64,000 bases of DNA from Candidatus Omnitrophota bacterium (GTDB lineage: Bacteria > Omnitrophota > Gorgyraeia > Tantalellales > Tantalellaceae): NCBI GenBank assembly GCA_015231405.1, contig JADGBR010000001.1:155964-219963 (forward strand), written 5' to 3'. Under the pieces are notes generated by a model, which was given only the letters and a program-made list of their open reading frames with translations, was not told where the DNA came from and ran no database searches. This document shows positions 1 to 9,303 of this stretch, piece after piece. Position 1 is the stretch's first letter; every line of letters begins with the position of its first letter. A program made the position numbers and the translations under genes.

Positions 1-1
1 C

Positions 2-1048
2 TCTTTCCTGTTCTGCATATTGCTTTTGATGGTTCTGGGAGTGATAGGGGACATACTTGGCTTTTTGGACGACATATTCAAGAACAATATCCCGCTCTCA
101 AGCATTTTCCAGTTCTATTTGTATTTCACTCCGTTCGCGTTCGTAAATATGGTCCCGTTCGCTTGCCTCATCAGCGCGGTTTTCGTATTCAATACCCTCA
201 GCAAAAATCACGAGATATCCGCGATAATTACCAGCGGGGTAAGCCTATGGGCACCCATCAGGCCGGTCCTGATCGCCACTTTTATAATATGCCTTTTTAC
301 GTTCGTCGTTAACGAGAAACTTGTTCCGCCGACCGTTAAGAAGGCCGGGGACATAAAGCAGGAAAAACTTGAGAATCCCGGCGATGCCGGTCAGAAGGCG
401 ATATCCAATATCGCTATTTACGGAAAGTCTAACCGGATGATATTCGCCAAGGAGTTCCTGCCCAAAGAACAGAAGATCAATGAGCTTATAATACATGAGC
501 AGGATAGGAACAAGTCTGTTGTGAGAAAAATAAACGTGAAGACGGCCGAATGGGATCAAAAAGGTTATTGGATCGGAACGGATATCCTGGTGTTCGACAG
601 GGACAGAAGCGGAGAGTTCTCTCTCGACCCTAAATACTTCAAATCCAAGCAGCTTTCCATCGAAGAAGGACCTGCTGAGTTCATAAACGATCAATCCGAC
701 CCGAAATTCATGAGCTACAAGACGTTGTCCCGATATATCAAGGTGGTTTCACAGAATTCGGCCGTATCTGTCAAAAGGCTGATAGTTGATCTCAATTATA
801 AGATCTCATTTCCCTTTACAGCCATGATAACGGTCATTGTTGGGATCCCTTTCAGCATTTCCACGGGAAGGGTCAATGCCCTTATCGGAATGGCCAGGGG
901 TATAGTGATAGCGATGATGTATATTCCCGTAATGGCTGTTTCTCTCGCTTTCGGCAAGTCAGGAGCCATTGACCCGGCATTGTCAGCCTGGCTCGCGTAC
1001 GCCCTTTTTGCGCTTGTCGGTATCCTTGCGGTTAATTTGCGAAGTTGA
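2..1048 (+). CDS. LptF/LptG family LPS export permease (5' truncated by window)
   Basis: Frame open from base 2. TM helices, 'LSKNHEISAIITSGVSLWAPIRP' motif, periplasmic beta-jellyroll region, then C-terminal 'KISFPFTAMITVIVGIPFS' TMs. Confidence 0.88.
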   Translation, partial: SFLFCILLLMVLGVIGDILGFLDDIFKNNIPLSSIFQFYLYFTPFAFVNMVPFACLISAVFVFNTLSKNHEISAIITSGVSLWAPIRPVLIATFIICLFTFVVNEKLVPPTVKKAGDIKQEKLENPGDAGQKAISNIAIYGKSNRMIFAKEFLPKEQKINELIIHEQDRNKSVVRKINVKTAEWDQKGYWIGTDILVFDRDRSGEFSLDPKYFKSKQLSIEEGPAEFINDQSDPKFMSYKTLSRYIKVVSQNSAVSVKRLIVDLNYKISFPFTAMITVIVGIPFSISTGRVNALIGMARGIVIAMMYIPVMAVSLAFGKSGAIDPALSAWLAYALFALVGILAVNLRS

Positions 1049-1138
1049 CCCGGGGTAATCGATAGTACGGCGATAGTTGCGAGTCAGACAGGGAAACTCA
1101 TGAACATCAAAAAGTCATAGCCAGAGAAGGAGAAAGAT

Positions 1139-1270
1139 ATGGATGACAAAGTATTGGAATTTGCTGAAGAAAAAAAACATATAATTAATGAGCTAAAGAG
1201 CGCATATGAGATAATATCTAGACTTCAGAAAGAGAACGATGAATTAAGAAAAAAGTTGCAGCTGAAGTAA
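1139..1270 (+). CDS. Small coiled-coil protein (43 aa, MDDKVLEFAEEKKHIINELKSAYEIISRLQKENDELRKKLQLK)
   Basis: Below the ORF-track cutoff. Strong SD (GAAGGAG) upstream of ATG 1139; heptad-like charged helix. Confidence 0.5.
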   Translation: MDDKVLEFAEEKKHIINELKSAYEIISRLQKENDELRKKLQLK

Positions 1271-1984
1271 TGGAACTATTGCATATAGAGGAAGCATCTT
1301 ACGAGAAGATAAATCACGTAACACTCTCGCCAACGTGAATCCTATCACCTGTTTCGCCCCCTTTGCTAATAACTCTTTCGAACAGGTTTCGATCGTGGCT
1401 CCCGTGGTTATTACATCGTCGGTAAGGAGGACTGTACGGCCGTAAATTTGTTCGCTTGAGGTTACAGTGAACGAGCCCCGGAGGTTCTTAACTCTTTTTT
1501 CGCGCGAGAGTCCCATTTGTGAGGAGGTGTTGACCGTTTTTCTGAGGATGTCAGTGAGTAACGGTTTGCCCAGCGTCCGGGATAGACCATAGGCTAATAT
1601 TGCGCTTTGATTATAGCCTCGCGACCTGAACCTTTCCCGTGAGATAGGCACCGGAACGAGTAAATCGACGCCGTCTAAGATGGACGGATACAGGGCGATG
1701 AACCTTTCAATTATCCACAAAAACTCGCTCATCATATCCCTGCATTTTTTATATTTAAAAAGATGGAGGCATTTCATAATGATCCCGTTGTATTCAACGC
1801 AGGATATAACGTTATCCACGTAGCCGCCTAAACGAGGCGAAAGGAGTTGCTGCCCGGAAAGTTCTTTATGACATCCTGAACATATCGGCATAGGTCCGTT
1901 CCTATTTTCTTTTTTGCACAAAGGACATTTGGGGGGTAGCAAGAGTTTGCTAATATCCGCTAGGAGGGGGATAATATTTAACAT
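1244..1984 (-). CDS. comF: ComF family protein (double zinc ribbon + phosphoribosyltransferase)
   Basis: N-terminal CPLC..CSGC, 'VPVPISRERFRSRGYNQS', PRPP loop 'LLTDDVITTGAT'. Confidence 0.92.
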   Translation of the reverse strand: MLNIIPLLADISKLLLPPKCPLCKKENRNGPMPICSGCHKELSGQQLLSPRLGGYVDNVISCVEYNGIIMKCLHLFKYKKCRDMMSEFLWIIERFIALYPSILDGVDLLVPVPISRERFRSRGYNQSAILAYGLSRTLGKPLLTDILRKTVNTSSQMGLSREKRVKNLRGSFTVTSSEQIYGRTVLLTDDVITTGATIETCSKELLAKGAKQVIGFTLARVLRDLSSRKMLPLYAIVPLLQLQLFS

Positions 1985-1989
1985 ATTAA

Positions 1990-2025
1990 TATAGACACAT
2001 TATTGGATCAAAATGTTTCAAAAAA
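1990..2025 (-). promoter_or_regulatory. ECF-sigma-like promoter, copy 1 (comF)
   Basis: Minus strand: TTTTTT-GAAAC-ATTTTGATCCAATAAT-GTGTCTAT (16-nt spacer). The comF ATG follows 7 nt after GTCTA. Confidence 0.75.
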
Positions 2026-2064
2026 TCTTGATTTTAATGTTAGTTCCGTTAAAATACCTAAGTA

Positions 2065-2472
2065 ATGAATAAGGAAAACAAAAGAGATATTTCTATATTA
2101 TTCCTGCGGATCATGTTAGGATCTATTTTTTTCGCGCATGGAGCGCAGAAATTGTTTGGCATGTTCGGAGGTATCGGGATCGAAGGAACGACGCGGATGA
2201 TGGAGGGGCTGGGGTTTTACGCACCTGAAACCTGCGCTGTTGTATGGTCATTTATCGAGTTTTTCGGCGGGATATTTCTCGCTTTCGGGGTCTTGGCCAG
2301 ATATGCCGCCCTTTTACTATCGTTCATTATGGCAATAAGTATATTAAAAATTAATGCCTCTTACGGATTCTTTATTCAGAACGGAGGGTATGAATACAAT
2401 TTGCTGATAATTGTCTCTTGTTTGCCCGTCATTCTACTTGGTGGCGGTAAGTGGTCGTTGTGGGACGTGTAG
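2065..2472 (+). CDS. DoxX family membrane protein
   Basis: 'LRIMLGSIFFAHGAQKLFGMFGG', 'GGYEYNL', 'GGGKWSL'. Confidence 0.9.
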   Translation: MNKENKRDISILFLRIMLGSIFFAHGAQKLFGMFGGIGIEGTTRMMEGLGFYAPETCAVVWSFIEFFGGIFLAFGVLARYAALLLSFIMAISILKINASYGFFIQNGGYEYNLLIIVSCLPVILLGGGKWSLWDV

Positions 2473-2490
2473 TTGTATGGAGGAGGAAAG

Positions 2491-2676
2491 ATGAAAGTTA
2501 CAATAGATGTAGACACATGTATAGGCTGCGGATTATGCGTTCAGATAGAACCATTGGCCTTTGAGATAGAGCTTGACAAGGCAGTTGTTAAGAGTGATAT
2601 CGGTAACGCCGATCCAGGGGAAGTCCGAAGAGCGTCTGACCAATGTCCCGTCGACGCCATAAGGGTATCGGAATGA
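2491..2676 (+). CDS. Single-cluster ferredoxin
   Basis: CIGCGLC...CPVDAI; GGAGG SD before ATG 2491. Confidence 0.9.
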   Translation: MKVTIDVDTCIGCGLCVQIEPLAFEIELDKAVVKSDIGNADPGEVRRASDQCPVDAIRVSE

Positions 2677-3473
2677 TAAGCCCATTGTTGAAAAAGATCC
2701 TTGTGTCCGTCGTATCGTTGGCGGTCATATTGCTTTTTTTCGCTTTTTTAGATTCCCGGAGGGTAACGCCCGTATTGATGTACCATTCAATAAGCGTCGG
2801 AGGTGATAGCGGCACGCTTCAAGTTTCTCCTGAAAACTTTGACAGGCAAATGCGCTACCTTTCCAGGCGAGGATATAAGGTTATAACTTTGGACGAGCTT
2901 TATTCGTTCATGAAAGAAGGCAAAAAATATCTTCCCCGCACCGTGGCCATAACATTTGACGACGGTTTCGAGGATAATTATGTTAACGCTTTTCCAATTC
3001 TTTCAAAGTATAACATGCCTGCGACGATCTTTCTCGTGACGGGGTATATCGGGAAAAAAGAGAAATATCTGAACTGGGACCAGGTGCGTCTCATGCAAAA
3101 AAACGGTATCGATTTTGGCTGCCATACAATGAATCACGCTTATCTTCCTACGCTAAAGAGCGAGGATGAAGTGCTGGCGGAGATAAACGGGAGTAAGAAC
3201 GACCTTGAAAATAATATCGGCACGGATGCCGGGTTCTTTTGTTATCCTACCGGCGGATATAATCAAAAGGTAAAAGAGCTTGTCAGGAGATCCGGATTTC
3301 TTATGGCGTTCACCACTAAACGCGGGGGTAATGCGGATAACATGGATCTATTCGCACTGAACAGGATCAAAGTAACTAACTCGGATATGGTGAAGCCCTT
3401 GCACTTTAAGGCCAAATTGTCAGGCTTTTATAACATACTCAGGACCGCCAGAGACGGGGAATCGGGGTATTAG
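2673..3473 (+). CDS. Polysaccharide deacetylase (NodB/CE4) with N-terminal membrane anchor
   Basis: 'PVLMYHSI', 'AITFDDG', 'GCHTMNH', 'FCYPTG'; ATGA overlap with the ferredoxin stop. Confidence 0.9.
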   Translation: MISPLLKKILVSVVSLAVILLFFAFLDSRRVTPVLMYHSISVGGDSGTLQVSPENFDRQMRYLSRRGYKVITLDELYSFMKEGKKYLPRTVAITFDDGFEDNYVNAFPILSKYNMPATIFLVTGYIGKKEKYLNWDQVRLMQKNGIDFGCHTMNHAYLPTLKSEDEVLAEINGSKNDLENNIGTDAGFFCYPTGGYNQKVKELVRRSGFLMAFTTKRGGNADNMDLFALNRIKVTNSDMVKPLHFKAKLSGFYNILRTARDGESGY

Positions 3474-3487
3474 GTAAAGGAGGCAAC

Positions 3488-4777
3488 ATGAGCGATTCTA
3501 TCAGTTACGACACGAAATATCTTGGCGCTTTTGTGACAAATAAGGACATAGAGAATATTTTGCCTGAACTCGAGACCGCGCATAATTATCTGACACGGAA
3601 GAACGGACCGGGGAAAGATTTTCTGGGTTGGACGGACCTTCCGACGAGTACCGGCAGGGCAATGCTTCTGGATATGGTGAAAACCGCGTCCCGCCTTCGT
3701 AAAAAAGCTGATATTATAATAGTGGTCGGCATCGGAGGGTCCTACCTTGGCGCTAAAGCCGCGATAGAAATGCTCACGCCCGAGTTCGGCGAAAAAAAGG
3801 TCTTTTTTGCCGGGTTCAATATTTGCGATGAATATCTTGACGGTCTTTTAAGGATGGCCAAAGGGAAAGAAATAGCCGTCAACGTTATCTCAAAATCGGG
3901 AACTACAACGGAACCGGCGATAGCTTTCCGGATGATCTTCGACCTTATGAAGAAAAAATATTCACGGAAGGAACTAGCCGGGAGAATAGTCTGCACTACC
4001 GATAATAAGAGAGGGGCGTTAAAAGCGATGGCTGACGCTAACGGGTACAAATGTTATGTCATCCCCGACGATGTAGGAGGGAGATTCTCAGTGCTTTCAC
4101 CTGTAGGTCTTTTTCCGGCCGCCGCCGCCGGGATCGATATAAGCGAGATGATAAAAGGGGCCCAAAAATGCCGCAAGGAGCTGTCTTCTCCCGATATCAA
4201 TAAAAATCAATGCTATAAATACGCCGCCGTAAGGAATATTCTTTACAGAAAAGGGAAACGGATAGAAGTGCTGTCGAATTTCGATAATAAGTTCCATTTT
4301 GTCTCCGAATGGTGGAAACAGCTTTTCGGAGAAAGCGAGGGGAAGGCCTCTAAGGGCATATTCCCGGCGTCCTGCGATTTCAGCGCCGATCTTCATTCTA
4401 TGGGCCAGTTCCTTCAGGACGGCTCCCGGAATATCTTCGAGACTTTTCTTGTTGACTGTGAGGACCGGGACATGTGTGTTATCCCCAAAGAGAAGTCGGA
4501 TACTGACGAGCTGAACTATCTCGCCGGGAAGAGCCTCTCTTTTGTGAACAGAAAAGCGTATATGGCCACCAGCGAAGCCCATTTCGAGGGAGGAGTTCCG
4601 AACTCTTCGATCATGATCCCGGCCAAAACGGCTTTTTATCTGGGACAACTTTTCTACTTTTTCCAGACCGCCGTCGCTATTTCCGGATATATATCGGGAG
4701 TTAATCCCTTCGACCAGCCCGGTGTCGAGGCATATAAGAAGAAGATGTTCAAGCTGTTGGGGAAACCCGGAGCGTGA
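3488..4777 (+). CDS. pgi: Glucose-6-phosphate isomerase
   Basis: 'VGIGGSYLGA', 'VISKSGTTTEP', 'DVGGRFSVL', 'QLFGESEGK', 'NPFDQPGVEAYK'. Confidence 0.97.
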   Translation: MSDSISYDTKYLGAFVTNKDIENILPELETAHNYLTRKNGPGKDFLGWTDLPTSTGRAMLLDMVKTASRLRKKADIIIVVGIGGSYLGAKAAIEMLTPEFGEKKVFFAGFNICDEYLDGLLRMAKGKEIAVNVISKSGTTTEPAIAFRMIFDLMKKKYSRKELAGRIVCTTDNKRGALKAMADANGYKCYVIPDDVGGRFSVLSPVGLFPAAAAGIDISEMIKGAQKCRKELSSPDINKNQCYKYAAVRNILYRKGKRIEVLSNFDNKFHFVSEWWKQLFGESEGKASKGIFPASCDFSADLHSMGQFLQDGSRNIFETFLVDCEDRDMCVIPKEKSDTDELNYLAGKSLSFVNRKAYMATSEAHFEGGVPNSSIMIPAKTAFYLGQLFYFFQTAVAISGYISGVNPFDQPGVEAYKKKMFKLLGKPGA

Positions 4778-4797
4778 GACTAACGTAAATATGTTCG

Positions 4798-4950
4798 GGA
4801 ATACAGAATCCAGGATCCAGAATACAGAATAGGGAATACGGGATACGGAATTATCGGGTCTATATGAAGTAGTCGAATAAGGGAATATCTTTTAGATATG
4901 TTCCACCTATTCTGGATCCTGACTTCTGGATTCTTCATTCTATATCCTGT
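4798..4950. repeat. Intergenic heptamer (CAGAATA/CAGGATC-like) arrays in inverted arrangement
   Basis: gaatacagaatccaggatccagaatacagaata... followed by ...tattctggatcctgacttctggattc; perfect 14-bp IR 4811-4824/4908-4921. Confidence 0.8.
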
Positions 4951-4977
4951 TTTTTTAGACTACTTTAGAACTCAATT

Positions 4978-5937
4978 ATGGAGATCCATTTCACATCAAG
5001 CACGATAGCCCTTGCGGTAGTCAAACTGGTTATCCTGATGGCTGCAGGCTATATTCTTTATCTTAGAAAGATCATAAACGACTGTTTTGTAGAGGACCTG
5101 GGTCAGCTTCTTGTCAAGGTCGTCATACCTTGTCTGGTCGCTTCGAGAATAATCATGAATTTCGATTATGCCGGGTACTCCGACTGGTGGCGCTTTCCGC
5201 TTTTCGGTATGGGCTATTCCGTTTTTGGTATGCTGCTCGGCTTCGTCGTGAGCAAGTATCTGGTGAAGAACTCCCCGGTAAAAGAGTTCATGTGTTCTGT
5301 GGGGATAGAGAACTGCGGATATTTGCCGATGAACCTCATTATCTTCGCCTTTTCCGGTGAATTTCAGAACAGGCTTTTGATCTATACTTTTCTTTTTATG
5401 ACAGGATTTGATATGCTCGTATGGTCGGTGATCCCCCTTTTTCTTAAAGGAGATCTTAGGGGTTCTATTAAACCGGGTATATTTGTCACGGCGCCGATGA
5501 TCGCCATAGTATTTTCTTTGTCATGGGTGGCTGTTTTTGGAAAAGGCAATTTTCCGGGACTTTTGATGGACCCCATGAGTATGATAGGAGGAATGGGCTT
5601 TCCGATGGGTATGATCGTTCTCGGGGCGTATCTATGCAAGCACAAAGCCATTGTTCCCCAGAAAAGCACCGCTGTTATCGCCAGTATTTTTCTTAAACTT
5701 TTGGCTTTTCCCATTATTATGATTATACTTTTACACGTGTGCCGTGTACAGACCGATGTCAGGTTCTTTCTTTTTCTGGAAGCAATTGTTCCTACGGCGG
5801 TTTCGCTTGTCATCATAGGGGCTTATACCGGGGCGGATAATGCTTTTTTCGCCAGCGTTATATTTTATTCGCATCTTTTCGCTGTATTCACTATCCCTTT
5901 ATGGCTCGAGTTTTACAGGTTCATTTATAAAATCTAA
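4978..5937 (+). CDS. AEC (auxin efflux carrier) family transporter
   Basis: About 10 TMs; 'NCGYLPM', 'PMGMIVLG', 'LKLLAFP', 'VPTAVS'. Confidence 0.85.
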   Translation: MEIHFTSSTIALAVVKLVILMAAGYILYLRKIINDCFVEDLGQLLVKVVIPCLVASRIIMNFDYAGYSDWWRFPLFGMGYSVFGMLLGFVVSKYLVKNSPVKEFMCSVGIENCGYLPMNLIIFAFSGEFQNRLLIYTFLFMTGFDMLVWSVIPLFLKGDLRGSIKPGIFVTAPMIAIVFSLSWVAVFGKGNFPGLLMDPMSMIGGMGFPMGMIVLGAYLCKHKAIVPQKSTAVIASIFLKLLAFPIIMIILLHVCRVQTDVRFFLFLEAIVPTAVSLVIIGAYTGADNAFFASVIFYSHLFAVFTIPLWLEFYRFIYKI

Positions 5938-5946
5938 GGAGGGTTC

Positions 5947-8403
5947 ATGTCGATACGTAAATTAACCCCAAAAGACCTTAAAAGCGTGTGCGACCCCTCA
6001 TCGTTCCCGTTTAAAACAACTGATGATTACGATTTTGAGTACGAGCCCCTTCACCAGGAAAGGGGTGTAAAAGGGATCGAGTTCGCGCTTAACGTGAAGT
6101 CCGAGGGATATAATCTGTTCGTATGCGGGCCTTCCGGAACGGGAAGGAACACGCTTGTCAAGAAGCTGGTATATGAGATCGCCCCCAGACAGAGGACCCC
6201 GGACGACTGGGTTTATGTGTACAATTTCGTGAGAGAGGATGAGCCCGTCGCCATAAGGCTTCCCGCGGGTAAGGGGAAAGTGTTCAAAAGGGATATCGAC
6301 GAGATGGTCGAAGACCTGAAGATAGATATCCCTAAAGCTTTTGAGAGCGAGGACTACGAGAAAAGGAAGCATGAGATACTCAAGGATTACAAAGAAAGAA
6401 GGGATATAACATTCCAGGAAATAGAGGACCAGGCTTACGAGAACGGGTTCGTCCTTAAACAGACCGCTACCGGCATCATTCTTGTCCCGAGAATAGAGGA
6501 CAGGGCGATGAGCACTGAGGAGTTCGAGAAGATACCGCAGGAAGAAAAGGAAGCGATAGAAAAAGAAAAACATAAACTGCACATTAAGATCGACCAGGTA
6601 CTTAACGAAGTCCGTGCGATGGAAAAGGACGCGAAGGCGAGGATAAAACAGCTGGAGAAAGAGGTCATTCTTTACTCGGTGCGCCATACCATAGACGAGC
6701 TCCGGTTCAAGTTCAGGGAATTCGAGGACGTCATCCAGCACCTTAACAGGCTGCAGGATGATATCCTGTCGAACATAGATCTTTTCAAGGCGGAGGAGGA
6801 CGCGCCGCAGCCGATGCCTTTTATGCCGGTCAAAAGCCCCGAACAGCAGAATGTTTTCAAGAAATACCAGGTAAACCTGCTGGTTGACCACGGCGGGTCC
6901 GAAGGCGCTCCGGTCATATTCGAGCCTAACCCGACATATTACAATCTTATCGGGCGGATCGAATACGCGGCGAATTTCGGGGCGATGACCACTGATTTCA
7001 CGATGATCGCTCCCGGGGCAATGCACAAGGCGAACGGTGGATATCTCATTCTTCAGGCTATGGACGTGATGAAAGGGTTCATGGTGTGGGAAACGTTGAA
7101 GAGGGTGATCAAGAACCATGAGATAAAAGTCGAAGACATAAACGAGCAGTACAGGGTGATTTCGACTACCAGTCTCAAGCCGAGCCCGATCCCATCAGAG
7201 ATCAAGATAATAATGGTGGGTCCGACTTGGCTTTACCAGGTTTTGTATCATCATGACGATGAGTTCAAGAAACTATTCAAGGTTAAAGCCGATTTTGATG
7301 TCGAGATGAAGCGCGATGATGAGAAAATAAAGAAATACGCGGCTTTTATCAAGGTGCGGTGCGATGAGGAAAAACTAAGGCACTTGGACAGGAAAGCCGT
7401 CGCACAGATAGTCGAATACGGGGCCCGTATCCTTGGCAAGAAAGACAAACTCTCGGCCAGGTTCGTCAATATAGCCGATATCTTACGCGAGGCTAATTAC
7501 TGGGCCGGGCTGGAGGGTTCCGAGTACATCAACGACATTCATGTTAGAAAAGCCATTGAGGAGAAATCGTACAGGTCAAATCTTATCGAAGATAAGATCG
7601 GTGAGCTTATCGAGAAAGGGATACTGATGGTAGACGTGGATGGCGAGAAGGTCGGTCAGATAAACGGTCTTGCTGTTTACGATATGGGAGATTACATGTT
7701 CGGCAAACCCTCCAGGATCACTGTTAGAACATACATGGGGCAGGCCGGTGTCGTGGATATCGAGCGCCAGGTAAAGATGGGAGGGAACACCCATTCAAAA
7801 GGGGTGCTTATCCTTAACGGCTATATTGGGCAGAAATTCGCCCAGAACCACCCTTTAAGCCTTACCGCGAGTATCTGTTTCGAGCAGTCTTACGACGGTA
7901 TTGACGGGGATTCCGCTTCCTCGACCGAGGCTTATTGCCTGTTGTCGTCGCTTTCCGGAGTGCCGCTTAAACAGGGCATCGCCGTAACGGGATCCATGAA
8001 CCAGCACGGCGAGGTACAGCCCATCGGAGGGGTCAATCAGAAGATCGAGGGCTTTTACCATGTATGTAAGATCAAGGGTCTTACCGGCAAGCAGGGCGTC
8101 ATGATACCTCAAACTAACGTGGAACACCTTATGCTGAAAGATGAGGTCATAGACGCGGTCTCCGCGGGAAGGTTCCATATCTGGGCAGTATCATCCATTG
8201 ATGAGGGGATAGAAGTGCTTACCGGGAAAAAGGCCGGCACAATAGGGAATAAAAACACATATCCAAAAGGGACGATCAATGAGCTCGTCCAGAAAAAACT
8301 TACGGAGTACTCAAAAAAGGGCGCGTCTGGCAAAAAAAATGATCAAAGAAAGTCAGCCAAGAAAAAGAAAAAAAAGATAAAACCCAAAGTCGGGAAAAAA
8401 TGA
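5947..8403 (+). CDS. Lon-like (LonC/LonB-type) protease with AAA-like domain and coiled-coil insertion
   Basis: 'GPSGTGRNT' degenerate P-loop, 'GAMHKANGGYL', 'GQINGLAV', catalytic Ser in 'IDGDSAS', catalytic Lys in 'IGGVNQKIEG'. Confidence 0.9.
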   Translation: MSIRKLTPKDLKSVCDPSSFPFKTTDDYDFEYEPLHQERGVKGIEFALNVKSEGYNLFVCGPSGTGRNTLVKKLVYEIAPRQRTPDDWVYVYNFVREDEPVAIRLPAGKGKVFKRDIDEMVEDLKIDIPKAFESEDYEKRKHEILKDYKERRDITFQEIEDQAYENGFVLKQTATGIILVPRIEDRAMSTEEFEKIPQEEKEAIEKEKHKLHIKIDQVLNEVRAMEKDAKARIKQLEKEVILYSVRHTIDELRFKFREFEDVIQHLNRLQDDILSNIDLFKAEEDAPQPMPFMPVKSPEQQNVFKKYQVNLLVDHGGSEGAPVIFEPNPTYYNLIGRIEYAANFGAMTTDFTMIAPGAMHKANGGYLILQAMDVMKGFMVWETLKRVIKNHEIKVEDINEQYRVISTTSLKPSPIPSEIKIIMVGPTWLYQVLYHHDDEFKKLFKVKADFDVEMKRDDEKIKKYAAFIKVRCDEEKLRHLDRKAVAQIVEYGARILGKKDKLSARFVNIADILREANYWAGLEGSEYINDIHVRKAIEEKSYRSNLIEDKIGELIEKGILMVDVDGEKVGQINGLAVYDMGDYMFGKPSRITVRTYMGQAGVVDIERQVKMGGNTHSKGVLILNGYIGQKFAQNHPLSLTASICFEQSYDGIDGDSASSTEAYCLLSSLSGVPLKQGIAVTGSMNQHGEVQPIGGVNQKIEGFYHVCKIKGLTGKQGVMIPQTNVEHLMLKDEVIDAVSAGRFHIWAVSSIDEGIEVLTGKKAGTIGNKNTYPKGTINELVQKKLTEYSKKGASGKKNDQRKSAKKKKKKIKPKVGKK

Positions 8404-8447
8404 AGTGTCGGGAGAAAACATCGAACAAAAACGGAGGTGGGAGTGTT

Positions 8448-9002
8448 ATGAGGTATTTACTGATATTGGTTGCGGGCGCGATATTGTCGACGGCGGCTCT
8501 TCCGAGTGACTCAATGGCCCGGGAAATGGCAAGCCTGTACGAAAGATTCAGCGCGATGAAGGAAGTGAAAGTGTTCGTATCGGACATAACCGATTCGACA
8601 CAGAATAAAAAAACAGACCTCGCGGCCCTGAAAAAAGAGCTTGAGAACGCGTTCGTCACAAGGAGAAGCTTGAAGTTCAGAGTTGTTAATGCCAGGGAAG
8701 AGGCCGATATAGCCATTGGAATGAATGTAACTGAATTTTATTGGACTTCGGATGATCCCATTGACATGGTCATGGGAGTAGGCGGCGTGGTCATGGATGC
8801 CATGAAAAAAGAGAATTACGGCCGTATCCAGACTATCATTAGTGTCACGGATGTCAAAAAGAACAGGGAGATCTGGAATAGCCAAGAGAAAGCGACTATC
8901 ACGGATAAACAAATGACAGAGCAGGATAGCGTAAAGCTTCTCAATGAGCGCATTGTAAAGATATTCATTAGGGATTGTTTTAGTAAGTCCCGCAGCAAAT
9001 AA
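8448..9002 (+). CDS. Exported hypothetical protein
   Basis: Signal-peptide-like MRYLLILVAGAILSTAALPSDSMA; SD-like GGAG upstream. Confidence 0.7.
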   Translation: MRYLLILVAGAILSTAALPSDSMAREMASLYERFSAMKEVKVFVSDITDSTQNKKTDLAALKKELENAFVTRRSLKFRVVNAREEADIAIGMNVTEFYWTSDDPIDMVMGVGGVVMDAMKKENYGRIQTIISVTDVKKNREIWNSQEKATITDKQMTEQDSVKLLNERIVKIFIRDCFSKSRSK

Positions 9003-9067
9003 GATAGAACATGGACCTTGGAATTCAGAGCCGGGGCTTTTGTTGCGTGCTCCCATGATGAAGCTTT

Positions 9068-9182
9068 ATGAATTCCGTGGCGCAAAACCCCGCCGTTAAC
9101 GGCGGGGTCGGGAAATTCGCCTCAATATGAACCCATACCTTGAAACCCCGGGCTTTCGTTCGGGGAGTATGAATGGGTTCAT
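9068..9182. mobile_element. Non-autonomous palindromic element resembling IS200/IS605 ends (PATE/MITE-like)
   Basis: Perfect 22-bp palindrome ACCCCGCCGTTAACGGCGGGGT (9087-9108). A second AAACCCCG..CGGGGAG hairpin is nested in the ATGAACCCAT/ATGGGTTCAT IR (9127-9182). Confidence 0.55.
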
Positions 9183-9213
9183 TCTTCTTCCTTGCGATCC
9201 GGTTAGTTGCCGC

Positions 9214-9242
9214 TTGACAAAACCCGGGCTGGATCGTACAAT
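9214..9242 (+). promoter_or_regulatory. Sigma70-type promoter of clpB operon
   Basis: TTGACA (9214-9219), 17 nt, TACAAT (9237-9242). Confidence 0.85.
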
Positions 9243-9274
9243 ACATATAGACGAATGTAAATATGTCTATATGT
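9243..9274. promoter_or_regulatory. Palindromic operator over the predicted clpB transcription start
   Basis: ACATATAGAC-N12-GTCTATATGT perfect 10-bp inverted repeat immediately after the -10. Confidence 0.7.
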
Positions 9275-9303
9275 GCGTTTGATCATTATTAAAGGAGAAC
9301 GCG

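Noticed and set aside
4798-4950. Short repeats considered as a CRISPR array
   Set aside because: Period is about 7 nt with no unique spacers, and there are no cas genes. No CRISPR array was found anywhere in the window.
9025-9246. 73-aa minus-strand ORF (…NEPIHTPRTKARGFKVWVH…)
   Set aside because: It is a translation of the palindromic element and the clpB promoter, not a credible protein.
9261-9274. TGTCTATA upstream of clpB resembling the -10 of the comF/comM motif
   Set aside because: No GAAAC at the required spacing; better explained as one arm of the palindromic operator.
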